This document shows, one piece after another, positions 10,089 to 18,320 of a DNA stretch of 64,000 nt. A model generated the notes under the pieces. The model searched no databases and was not told where the DNA came from. It saw only the letters and a list, made by a program, of their open reading frames with translations. Position 1 is the first letter of the stretch; every line of letters starts with the position of its first letter. The position numbers were made by a program, and so were the translations under genes. The stretch covers positions 73,798-137,797 of IMG/VR virus record IMGVR_UViG_3300027668_001405; one strand, written 5' to 3'. Source of the stretch: a virus.

Positions 10089-11265
10089 AGAAGACTTGAA
10101 ATGGAGCGAATATGACTTTACTAAAACACCATACGATAAGTTGGTGCGTGTGGGTCAGCGTAATATTCTGTACCGCGACATGTTTACTGTTAGTTGGTTG
10201 CTTGGCCGTTTTTGCAACTATAATTGTAGCTACTGTTGGCCTTACGCTAGGAGTGGTAAAAAAGATCACAGACCTACTGAACTAAATTTAAAGACTATTG
10301 ATGAGATTAAACGTCAAGCACGTGAACGTGGATTTAATAGTTTCCACTTTAGTCTAAGTGGAGGCGAACCAACTTTCCATCCAGGCTACTTAGACATGTT
10401 AAAGCATCTAAGTGATGATGCACATAACACAAACTATACAAGTGTACACATGACATCAAATTGTAGTCGTAATATGAAATGGTTTAAGACATATTGTGAA
10501 TACGCAAGTAAATTCCATCGTGCAAGTATTACAGCTAGTTTGCATACTGAACATGTTAACACACCTGAGAAGATGCAAGACTTGGCAGAGAAATTAATCA
10601 TGTGTCAAGAACATGATGTACAGGTAACTATTAACATGGTTATGGTTCCTGATCTATTCCAAGAATATTATGATAATGCATTATTTTATCATAACCAAGG
10701 AATTAACGTTACGCTAAAACCTCAATCAGATCCAACAGCAAGTAAAATTGTAGATGGTTACACACCTGAGATGTTAGCTAAGTTGCACAACGGTATGCCA
10801 CAACGTAGTTACACAGAAGCTAAAGCACAACATAAGCAGTTAGTGGTTAGACCTAAGCCTACATTTAAAATTGATAAAGACGATCATTATCGTAAGCAAA
10901 CAGCGGCAGTGCCGTGGAATATGCAAGTAGAATTTAGAGACGATAAAGGTGATCCATATTACATGGACCAAGCAGAACGTTTTAATGCGTTTAACTTTAA
11001 TAAGTTTAAAGGGTGGGAATGTAGTAGTGGATATCGTAGTATTATTATCCGTGAACCTGATGGAAGTGTGAAGCGTAGTTATAGCTGTCACGATCAACCT
11101 CTAGGTAACATTGAAACAGGATTTAAGTTGTTTGATGGACCTAAGGTGTGTACAACAGATTCATGTGTTAGTAGTGCAGATAGTAAAATCCCCAAACGAG
11201 CGCCGGGGACTAAGTTGCCTTTATGGCCAGGTGATAAAACATATGAGCATGGAACGTTTGACTAA
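10078..11265 (+). CDS. Radical SAM protein with C-terminal SPASM/twitch-like domain
   Basis: SWLLGRFCNYNCSYC, LSGGEP, MTSNCS. C-terminal GWECSSG..SYSC..VCTTDSCVSSAD. Confidence 0.92.
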   Translation: MENKEDLKWSEYDFTKTPYDKLVRVGQRNILYRDMFTVSWLLGRFCNYNCSYCWPYARSGKKDHRPTELNLKTIDEIKRQARERGFNSFHFSLSGGEPTFHPGYLDMLKHLSDDAHNTNYTSVHMTSNCSRNMKWFKTYCEYASKFHRASITASLHTEHVNTPEKMQDLAEKLIMCQEHDVQVTINMVMVPDLFQEYYDNALFYHNQGINVTLKPQSDPTASKIVDGYTPEMLAKLHNGMPQRSYTEAKAQHKQLVVRPKPTFKIDKDDHYRKQTAAVPWNMQVEFRDDKGDPYYMDQAERFNAFNFNKFKGWECSSGYRSIIIREPDGSVKRSYSCHDQPLGNIETGFKLFDGPKVCTTDSCVSSADSKIPKRAPGTKLPLWPGDKTYEHGTFD

Positions 11266-11266
11266 G

Positions 11267-11737
11267 CTATTTTATGTTAGCCCACTTCTTTTCTGAACAG
11301 CCTTCTTTCTGTGCCCAACGAATAAACAATCCACACTCTCTACCATTAGCTTCAATCTCCCAAGGCAGATCCCAATAGTCTGTGGCATCACTAATCATTT
11401 GATCTTTCCACTTCCAATACTTTGCTTTACTGGCCTGTGTGTTTGAGTGTACGTAGTCAGTCATCTCTCTACGAGCATACTGTTTAACATGTACCATTTC
11501 GTGTGCAACAGTTTCTAGCATTGTACGCAAGCCTACAGTATGATCAACTTCAATAAAGAAGTCTCTATCTGTCTCACGCAAACAATATCCGTTTGCATCA
11601 CCTTTTAGTTTTGTTAGTTTAACCTCTATTCTAAGACTTGCCATACGTGGCATTAATTTCTTTATGCAATAATTAACCATAGAACGAGCATACTCACGTT
11701 GGCGAGTCTTGCCTCCTATAATTTCAATATCATTCAT
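11267..11737 (-). CDS. Putative zinc metallopeptidase (HExxH)
   Basis: ETVAHEMVHVKQY followed by YWDLPWEIEA. Confidence 0.7.
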   Translation of the reverse strand: MNDIEIIGGKTRQREYARSMVNYCIKKLMPRMASLRIEVKLTKLKGDANGYCLRETDRDFFIEVDHTVGLRTMLETVAHEMVHVKQYARREMTDYVHSNTQASKAKYWKWKDQMISDATDYWDLPWEIEANGRECGLFIRWAQKEGCSEKKWANIK

Positions 11738-11741
11738 AATA

Positions 11742-11957
11742 TTATCTTTCTAATACACAAAACGAACCAAAGTGCTTATCAAAAACACTTACTAAATTTT
11801 CATAATCCCCTGACATCATTTCTTTTGTAATTAATGCGCCGTCCATATTAAGTTGTCTAGCAAAGTTGCTAGCATGAGCCATCATATTAAACGCATTACC
11901 TTCAGGGCCTGTTAAGTCAATAACTACCTCAGTAACTGGTTGCTTTTCTCTAATCAT
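11742..11957 (-). CDS. Hypothetical phage protein
   Basis: 71-aa ORF coupled to its neighbours, downstream of an early promoter. Confidence 0.6.
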   Translation of the reverse strand: MIREKQPVTEVVIDLTGPEGNAFNMMAHASNFARQLNMDGALITKEMMSGDYENLVSVFDKHFGSFCVLER

Positions 11958-12316
11958 TTGCTAATTCCTAAAAAGTCTGTTTTCAACACTTCCAATTGAT
12001 TAATTGAATCAGGGTACTTTGTAAGCAAATCTACTGGATCAAGTTTATCTGCCATCTCTTCAAACGATTGATAAAAAGCTTCTGGTGTTTCAAACTTATC
12101 ACCAACTGCCATAAAACAATCAGCATCAACATAGTTCCAATTAATAGCTCCATCTTCGTCTATGTTCTCAGAATTAGCAATAGCTTTTATCATAGTTGTT
12201 TCCAACATATCTTGTTGCTTCAATGTGTTCCAAAGACTTTCAGGAATAACTTGGTAGCCCATAATTGTTTTTGCGTTACAGTATTCTGCGTAAGTATTAT
12301 ATTTGCTTGCTATCAT
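11954..12316 (-). CDS. Hypothetical protein (early)
   Basis: First ORF after a consensus sigma70 promoter; AAGGAA SD. Confidence 0.65.
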   Translation of the reverse strand: MIASKYNTYAEYCNAKTIMGYQVIPESLWNTLKQQDMLETTMIKAIANSENIDEDGAINWNYVDADCFMAVGDKFETPEAFYQSFEEMADKLDPVDLLTKYPDSINQLEVLKTDFLGISK

Positions 12317-12351
12317 TTTGTAGTTCCTTGCTTTGTTTAACTTATACTACT

Positions 12352-12380
12352 ATTATAGCAAGAACTCTTGGTACTGTCAA
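12352..12380 (-). promoter_or_regulatory. Sigma70 early promoter with spacer palindrome
   Basis: TTGACA-N17-TATAAT, an AT-rich UP element, and CAAGA-AC-TCTTG in the spacer. Confidence 0.9.
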
Positions 12381-12394
12381 CCTTTTTATTCATT

Positions 12395-12417
12395 AAAAAA
12401 CCCTGTAAAAACAAGGC
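12395..12417 (-). terminator. Rho-independent terminator
   Basis: GCCTTGT-TTTT-ACAGGGT stem followed by a T-run, after the stop at 12448. Confidence 0.55.
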
Positions 12418-12447
12418 TTTATAATTTATTTTGATTTAATTTTAAAT

Positions 12448-12954
12448 TTATCTAACTATTTGGTTGATTATTCCCTGATCTACGCCATTAGCCTTCAGTT
12501 CTTTTTCCTTAGGAGGCAATGCAAAACGTTTAATCCTGTCAAACGTAAACTCATCATTGCTTATTAGGCCACCCTTTTGCTCTTCTTTAACTTTAAACTG
12601 GCCTTCCATTGGAGTACCTTCTTCTGCCTTCTGCTTCATGCCTTGCATCTTCTTTGCATTCTCTTTTGTGTATGGCATTCTGTAATACGTTGGTCTAGGT
12701 TCGTCAGCATGCCTAACCAAAAAGTAAATGTTGGGCTTTTGTACTTCTGCCCATAACACTGTTACTTCACCTTTTGGTAGTGCATCAACTGGCGTACCTT
12801 GTAGTACATATATCGAATAGCCTGTAAATATACTGCTCACTAATACAAGTGGGATTAAAAAGAACGTAATAACGTTATTCTTTCCAGTTTGTATAATAGC
12901 ATATATAGCAACCACTGCTAACATGAACAGTAAAATTGTAGCTAGGTAAATCAT
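12448..12954 (-). CDS. Membrane protein (two N-terminal TM helices), probable partner of the ExbB-like module
   Basis: Hydrophobic N-terminus from MIYLATILL. ATG overlaps the stop of a 34-aa ORF. Confidence 0.65.
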   Translation of the reverse strand: MIYLATILLFMLAVVAIYAIIQTGKNNVITFFLIPLVLVSSIFTGYSIYVLQGTPVDALPKGEVTVLWAEVQKPNIYFLVRHADEPRPTYYRMPYTKENAKKMQGMKQKAEEGTPMEGQFKVKEEQKGGLISNDEFTFDRIKRFALPPKEKELKANGVDQGIINQIVR

Positions 12955-13058
12955 TATATACCTTTCAGTTTCGTAAAGCCTGAAAATGAACGACATTTTG
13001 CTGCCTGAGATCTTTGAAAACGATTCAATCCTCTAGCTAAAAATATATCTTGTATCAT
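12954..13058 (-). CDS. Small 34-aa ORF (not in the track)
   Basis: MIQDIFLARGLNRFQRSQAAKCRSFSGFTKLKGI, with GGAGG SD, ATGA overlap upstream and TAATG overlap downstream. Confidence 0.55.
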   Translation of the reverse strand: MIQDIFLARGLNRFQRSQAAKCRSFSGFTKLKGI

Positions 13059-14137
13059 TGGGTTTCCTCCTGTTTAAGTGGATGTGCAGGATCTACATTT
13101 AAGTATTTCCCCCACTCTGCATAGTAATGACGCATACCAACTTCATCGTGTATAGTATTGTTTTCGTGTCTACCATGTAGTATGTTTCTTCGTTCTGTTC
13201 CTGGTGCCATTGCTACACCCTGTCCTGTTACTCCTAGCAAATCTTCATGTAAGTTACGACCAAATGGACCCCATATAGAGTTATGATCATTTACACGTTG
13301 CTTTCGTTCTTCTGGAGTATCTTTTAATAATCCGTATCCACGGAATTCAATTAATACGCTGTTTGGTCCTAGTGGAGTAATACTATCACTACGATACGCA
13401 CTACCACGTAGGTTAAAATTGTAACCTGGAAACAAGTCTACCATGTACCACTGATTTGGTGGAACACCTGGAAAGCTCAATGCTCCTCTATCTGCGGCTC
13501 CTTCAAACTTATCATACTGCACTTCAAAGCTACCAACATTAACATGCCCGTTGTCAAACCCTGTACATGCACGAGCAAAGTACTCAGGAGTGAATCCGGT
13601 AATTCTATTAAAGTAATGCATGTAATCGTGATAGAACTCACTGTTAGTATCATGCCATAGTTTATAGTTTGTAGGTATAATTGCTTTATGATAATGGAAC
13701 ACTTCTAGTTCCTCTGTATCAATAGCTGTATCAATACAATCAAATGCACCGTCTGTCCATTCTTCAACACTCATACTTGGTTCAGGATTTAGTGTTGTCC
13801 ATACCATGCCTCCGTGTTTTACTTCACAAGGTAATTCCTTTGCACCAACAAGATTAGCCCAGGTTGTAATACCTGCTACGCCACGTATGTTACCAGGATT
13901 AATATATGATTTAATATGGTCACCGTGATTTACTATGACTATGTTTTGAAATGCAATCTGTGATGTTCTATAGCTACCTATTTCTTTTATTTCACTTTTA
14001 TGTATAATTGGGATCCATACTTTAGCAAAGATTTCTTTAATCTCTTCTTCGTATATTTCTTGACTGCTGTAGCACTCGCTACTAATATATTCAACTGTTG
14101 GTTCTTCTAACCAATTTTTATGATTACGGGCTGGCAT
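13055..14137 (-). CDS. Ring-hydroxylating oxygenase alpha-subunit-like protein lacking the Rieske ligands
   Basis: YEEEIKEIFAKVW start, NYKLWHDTNSEFYHDYMH mononuclear-Fe motif, EDLLG. No CxH or CxxH Rieske motifs. Confidence 0.8.
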   Translation of the reverse strand: MPARNHKNWLEEPTVEYISSECYSSQEIYEEEIKEIFAKVWIPIIHKSEIKEIGSYRTSQIAFQNIVIVNHGDHIKSYINPGNIRGVAGITTWANLVGAKELPCEVKHGGMVWTTLNPEPSMSVEEWTDGAFDCIDTAIDTEELEVFHYHKAIIPTNYKLWHDTNSEFYHDYMHYFNRITGFTPEYFARACTGFDNGHVNVGSFEVQYDKFEGAADRGALSFPGVPPNQWYMVDLFPGYNFNLRGSAYRSDSITPLGPNSVLIEFRGYGLLKDTPEERKQRVNDHNSIWGPFGRNLHEDLLGVTGQGVAMAPGTERRNILHGRHENNTIHDEVGMRHYYAEWGKYLNVDPAHPLKQEETQ

Positions 14138-14168
14138 AATTAATCTCCTATGCGTTATCCTTCTTCAA

Positions 14169-14176
14169 TATTTATC
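14169..14176 (-). promoter_or_regulatory. Putative late promoter (GATAAATA)
   Basis: Upstream of the AGGAG SD and ATG at 14137. Confidence 0.55.
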
Positions 14177-14177
14177 A

Positions 14178-14777
14178 TTATGGCATTGCTCCACCATTTG
14201 GAACAACATTTTTAAAGTGCTGGAATATTTCTGTAACAAATCCTTCTGCATCTATCGTAAACGCAGGCAATCTATTAATTTCTCGCTTTCTAGTTATAAC
14301 ACCTGATATGCTGTATACTTCTCTATAAGGGTTAACCTTTAGTACAGTAACAGTATAGTCAACTGGCTCTGGTCCACGCTTGGAATATCCATGCACTGAT
14401 ACAAAATAGTCGCCTGGTATAATACCTCTAATAGTTGCTGTTTCTCTATTAGACTTTACGACTAGTGTTACTCCGTCAACAACAATCCTATCGTTGGCAT
14501 GTCCTAGATCATCTCTGTCTAGGTGTACAGGAGTATTTTCTCTATTACTAAATCCTACAGGGTGGTCTTCATCACGTGCAACCCATAAGTCCATGTCATC
14601 TGTCAGTTCTTTGTTCCATTCTAAGATGATAACAAATTCTGCCTTATTGGGTATGTCAGCTTTTTTGCTTATGGGATTGATTAGCAGAAATGCTATTACA
14701 AATAATAGCACAAAGCCAATCAGAACATTGAATAGCAGGTCCACAAAGGACAAATTAGAATGAAATCTTCTAGCCAT
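14178..14777 (-). CDS. Single-TM protein, ExbD/MotB-position partner
   Basis: SFVDLLFNVLIGFVLLFVIAFLL TM segment with a conserved-position Asp, then a soluble domain (DMDLWV, HLDRDDLG). Coupled to the ExbB-like gene. Confidence 0.6.
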   Translation of the reverse strand: MARRFHSNLSFVDLLFNVLIGFVLLFVIAFLLINPISKKADIPNKAEFVIILEWNKELTDDMDLWVARDEDHPVGFSNRENTPVHLDRDDLGHANDRIVVDGVTLVVKSNRETATIRGIIPGDYFVSVHGYSKRGPEPVDYTVTVLKVNPYREVYSISGVITRKREINRLPAFTIDAEGFVTEIFQHFKNVVPNGGAMP

Positions 14778-15210
14778 GCTCTTCTTCTTGCATTACTATT
14801 TGTACCTTAACAAACAAGCTAGCAACAAGTCCACACAATGTAGTTAACAATGCTGTACTCATACCACTTGCCATGTCTGTGATAACTTGTTTCATACTAT
14901 CAACATTACTTGGGTCAATGTTAGCAAAACTACTTCCTAGCATTAGCATGAAACCTATTACAGTTCCTACCATGCCTATAGTCATGCACGACTCTGCCAT
15001 AAAGAACGGCAGATCTAAATTAATTTTTTGTTTGAAATTACGGTAACCTACTATCAGTGTAGCTGTTGCCCATATGGTTATGATTACAAAGCTCAACTTG
15101 GTTACATCATTGTCTATAAGAAATTGGATAGCATCAAAATATACTGCTATACCTACGGCGATTGCTTGCACAACTGCAATTAACCACCAGATTAAAAACG
15201 TTCTATTCAT
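14770..15210 (-). CDS. MotA/TolQ/ExbB proton-channel family protein
   Basis: IGMVGTVIGFMLML and GMSTALLTTLCGL match the family TM motifs. Confidence 0.8.
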   Translation of the reverse strand: MNRTFLIWWLIAVVQAIAVGIAVYFDAIQFLIDNDVTKLSFVIITIWATATLIVGYRNFKQKINLDLPFFMAESCMTIGMVGTVIGFMLMLGSSFANIDPSNVDSMKQVITDMASGMSTALLTTLCGLVASLFVKVQIVMQEEEHG

Positions 15211-15226
15211 CTTAGTCCCTCTATAT

Positions 15227-15233
15227 TATTTAC
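15227..15233 (-). promoter_or_regulatory. Putative late promoter (GTAAATA)
   Basis: Variant motif upstream of SD GAGGGA and ATG 15210. Confidence 0.35.
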
Positions 15234-15508
15234 CTAATATTATTAGATAAACGCATCAGCATAGCCTGCTTTTCATCAAGCAGTAAGTACACTTTCATTG
15301 GTGTATCATCTGAAATACAACAACGTTCTAACTCACTCCATATTTCTGTAACAGTACCAATAGCGGCCTTGCTGTTACCTACGAAGAAAATCTTCTGGTC
15401 TTGATACTCTTTTACTACTTGCTTTATATAGGCGGGAGTGCCCGTCAGTTTAAAAGATATTAAATTACCCATGTGTTCCGGACCATTTTCAATAGTCAGT
15501 TTCATCAC
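15230..15508 (-). CDS. Hypothetical protein
   Basis: 92-aa ORF in a tightly packed operon. Confidence 0.55.
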   Translation of the reverse strand: MMKLTIENGPEHMGNLISFKLTGTPAYIKQVVKEYQDQKIFFVGNSKAAIGTVTEIWSELERCCISDDTPMKVYLLLDEKQAMLMRLSNNIR

Positions 15509-16415
15509 ATAATACCTTCGCTAAGAATTTGCTATTAGTAATTAGTTTCAATCTTGTAAACTCATCTGCACAGACAAAGGTATCATAAAACGTATTATAC
15601 AGTTCTATGTTAGGTTGGATATGTAGTTTTTGTTCACATATGTATTTATAATAATCCTTACTAGTATCCTTGTTTAGAAGTTTATCCATGTATATTATGT
15701 CGTCTTGTATCTCAACTACATCACTAATGTCTTCATCATCAATATTGAATTTAAATTCTTTAACCCATTTCTTTGTGACAATTTTATTCATAGAAGCTAG
15801 GCCTCTAACAATTGCCATCTCTGCAAGTGATACTGGCTTCTCGTCTAGCCATAGTTTAGTATCTTCTAATGGACCATCAATTTGTTCAGCTATTTTAGTT
15901 AGCACTGTGTCGTAGCTAATATCTTCATCTACTGATCCAAGATCAAATACACGCTTTAGTTTGTTTATATTACTTGCACATATTACGTTCGTACTTCCAT
16001 AATTAAAACGCTTGTTCCAATCCCAAATATATAATGCACCAGTTTGTCTTACTAAAAACTTAGGTTGATCATCTGGTAGGTTTATGTTGTACGTGCTGTG
16101 TGGTAATACAAATTTAAAATGACTGTCGAGTAAAGGTAGATCTTCTATGTCAGTACAAGGCTTTAAGGCCTTATTTAATAGTCCAATGTGATCTGGTGCC
16201 AGCTCTAGAGCTTTAAGGTTTTTGTGAATGTTGCTAGGGCCAATTACATCTTCCCCATCTTCATTTTTAAAATAGGTTTGTTTATTCCACATGTCATCTA
16301 AACTCTGTGGAAACGCACCCATGTCATGAGAGTAGGTCAGCAAGTGATCTAATACACTTGACTGCCCACACGCATTTCTATGATTTATGTTTACTAGAAG
16401 ATTATTTATTGCCAT
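15489..16415 (-). CDS. Hypothetical protein
   Basis: Long ORF directly after the clamp loader; no motif recognised. Confidence 0.7.
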   Translation of the reverse strand: MAINNLLVNINHRNACGQSSVLDHLLTYSHDMGAFPQSLDDMWNKQTYFKNEDGEDVIGPSNIHKNLKALELAPDHIGLLNKALKPCTDIEDLPLLDSHFKFVLPHSTYNINLPDDQPKFLVRQTGALYIWDWNKRFNYGSTNVICASNINKLKRVFDLGSVDEDISYDTVLTKIAEQIDGPLEDTKLWLDEKPVSLAEMAIVRGLASMNKIVTKKWVKEFKFNIDDEDISDVVEIQDDIIYMDKLLNKDTSKDYYKYICEQKLHIQPNIELYNTFYDTFVCADEFTRLKLITNSKFLAKVLCDETDY

Positions 16416-17334
16416 TAAGTGTTCTACTGATTTCAATCAATGTAGCACTTAGGTTAATCTCTGGATCGGCTACCTGTGTATGCTTAATCATGCCTTCGCG
16501 AATTGCAAGTACACAACTATCATATGTGAAGTCGTCATGTGTATATAAATCCAAGTTCTTGTATAGCCAAGTAAAGATGTCATTGTATTCATCTGCCCTT
16601 GCACTGCCTACAATAAGTTTACGTGCATCTTGTATCTTACCTGCTCTAAACAGTTCTACCATGTTAACACGCCACTCGCTTGTACTTCCACCATCTTCTG
16701 GTAGTAGTAGCTTGTTATCAACAATAGTCATTTGCACTGTGTTAATAGTTTTACGCAAGTCTGGATAGTTTGCACGAACCATTGCATCTAATGTTTCTAA
16801 GTCAAAGTCAACTTTATTGTCTGCAAGTATTTCAGCAACCCGTACTGTAAAGTCTGTTTGGTCTAATGATTCAATGTGGAATCCTTGACACCTACTGTGT
16901 AATGCAGGAATAATCATGTTAGGATAGTTACACGTTAAAATAAATCGTACACTGTGATGATACTGTTCCATAACTCCACGCAATGCCGCTTGACCTTCTG
17001 GACTAATATGATCAGCCTCATCAAGTAGAATAACTTTAAAGTCACCCCATGGCATAGTTTCACTAAACGCTGAAATCTTCTTACGAATCATTTCAACACC
17101 ATTGTCTCGACTAGCGTTAATGTAAAGTACATCTGCTGGTTCTAGGCCCAACTCTTTAATTAGTACTTTAGCTAGTGTAGTTTTACCTGTGCCAGGACTA
17201 CCACTAAACAATAGATGAGGAATGCCTTTATCGTCAATCCAGTTTTGCACTTGCTTACGCTGTGCTTCATCTTTAAATACGTACTCTTTTACATTGTCTG
17301 GTCGATACTTTTCAACCCATAAATCTCTAGCCAT
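16402..17334 (-). CDS. gp44: Clamp loader AAA+ subunit (T4 gp44 / RFC small subunit-like)
   Basis: LWVEKYRP, GSPGTGKT, NASRDNG, ILLDEAD, ALHSRC. Confidence 0.95.
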   Translation of the reverse strand: MARDLWVEKYRPDNVKEYVFKDEAQRKQVQNWIDDKGIPHLLFSGSPGTGKTTLAKVLIKELGLEPADVLYINASRDNGVEMIRKKISAFSETMPWGDFKVILLDEADHISPEGQAALRGVMEQYHHSVRFILTCNYPNMIIPALHSRCQGFHIESLDQTDFTVRVAEILADNKVDFDLETLDAMVRANYPDLRKTINTVQMTIVDNKLLLPEDGGSTSEWRVNMVELFRAGKIQDARKLIVGSARADEYNDIFTWLYKNLDLYTHDDFTYDSCVLAIREGMIKHTQVADPEINLSATLIEISRTLNGNK

Positions 17335-17336
17335 CT

Positions 17337-17498
17337 TTAATCAATCTCCATTAGTTTTTCGTCTTCATCATCATAAGGTACCTCAGGGTTTAAATCCTGT
17401 ACTTCTTGTTGTGTATAACAGCTTGGGTCTTTAATACCGTACTTGTTCATCATACCAAGTGCCCATGTAGACACGTCATCTCTAGTTTTAAAAGTCAT
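17337..17498 (-). CDS. Small 53-aa acidic protein (not in the track)
   Basis: MTFKTRDDVSTW...KLMEID, with GAGG SD, directly after a sigma70 promoter. Confidence 0.6.
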   Translation of the reverse strand: MTFKTRDDVSTWALGMMNKYGIKDPSCYTQQEVQDLNPEVPYDDEDEKLMEID

Positions 17499-17527
17499 GT
17501 TACCTCTATGTTTCATTGTTATAGTTT

Positions 17528-17556
17528 ATTATACAGTAATATGACACTAAAGTCAA
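17528..17556 (-). promoter_or_regulatory. Sigma70 promoter
   Basis: TTGACT-N17-TATAAT, upstream of the clamp loader unit. Confidence 0.8.
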
Positions 17557-17708
17557 TCACTGATAATTTTGGTTTCCCAATTCTCAGCACAATCTTCTGC
17601 ATATCTTTTACTATGACCTTGACAGTCACGTATATGAACAAGTTTGCCTTCTTCATCATACATCTCTACAATGTATGATTTTACTTCTTTAACTATCGCT
17701 TTTCTCAT
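17553..17708 (-). CDS. Small 51-aa protein (not in the track)
   Basis: MRKAIVKEVKSYIVEMYDEEGK...ENWETKIISD fills the gap between neighbours. Confidence 0.55.
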   Translation of the reverse strand: MRKAIVKEVKSYIVEMYDEEGKLVHIRDCQGHSKRYAEDCAENWETKIISD

Positions 17709-17877
17709 TTTGTTTGATCCGTTCTTGAATCAGCACATGTTGTTCTTCAATTAGTTTACGTTGTCGTTCTAATTCAAGGTACTGTTCTTCGATGTCATCT
17801 AAACGTTGTTTCTTAATATCCGGAAATTGCAATACATTATCATCCATCCATTTAGACTTGAAAACTTTATCTGTCAT
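17689..17877 (-). CDS. Small coiled-coil protein
   Basis: MTDKVFK..DNVLQFP..heptad-like C-terminus. Confidence 0.55.
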   Translation of the reverse strand: MTDKVFKSKWMDDNVLQFPDIKKQRLDDIEEQYLELERQRKLIEEQHVLIQERIKQNEKSDS

Positions 17878-18109
17878 CTTGCTTATCTTTCTTTGCTGGA
17901 AATTGTGAAGGGAATGCTCTTTCAAGCATATCTGCGATCATTATGATCAATACAGTCGCCCAACCTAATGGACCTGCTACAAACAAGTAAGTAAACATTT
18001 GCCAATTCTTTGCTTCCTTACCTACATGTTTCTTTGCGTACATAATTATACACATAAACCAAACTATTGCAACTATTATACATAGTAGCATCATTGCATA
18101 TTTTTCCAT
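17867..18109 (-). CDS. Small membrane protein
   Basis: Two hydrophobic segments. Confidence 0.6.
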   Translation of the reverse strand: MEKYAMMLLCIIVAIVWFMCIIMYAKKHVGKEAKNWQMFTYLFVAGPLGWATVLIIMIADMLERAFPSQFPAKKDKQDDR

Positions 18110-18110
18110 T

Positions 18111-18320
18111 TTACCACCATCCTAATGTTCTACCGTTGCCGGCTATAATTGCCATACAAGTTGCAACGTGTAGTACTATCCAAAATGTTCTAAACGCTAG
18201 TGCCTTTTTAACATCACTTTGGAGAATAGGCAAAAATTCTGGCTTGTCCTCGTCTGTAATCCCAATTGGCATACCTACTGTTCTAGCCCATACTTTTAAG
18301 AATCTTCGTTGCCCACTCAT
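18111..18320 (-). CDS. Small membrane protein
   Basis: KVWARTVG.. with a C-terminal TM; coupled to the prs stop. Confidence 0.55.
   Translation of the reverse strand: MSGQRRFLKVWARTVGMPIGITDEDKPEFLPILQSDVKKALAFRTFWIVLHVATCMAIIAGNGRTLGWW

Noticed and set aside
5484-11265. Assigning any radical SAM gene to QueE, NrdG, MoaA or PqqE
   Set aside because: Family-specific motifs and partner genes are missing; only the generic CxxxCxxC and GGEP motifs are supported.
770-11265. Classical RiPP precursor peptide next to the main radical SAM operon
   Set aside because: The operon has almost no intergenic space, and I found no short leader-core ORF or RRE/PqqD gene. A RiPP role is unsupported from this window alone.
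14178-15210. Zorya anti-phage system
   Set aside because: The ExbB-like protein lacks the long ZorA tail, the partner shows no OmpA-like peptidoglycan-binding motif, and there is no zorC/D/E.
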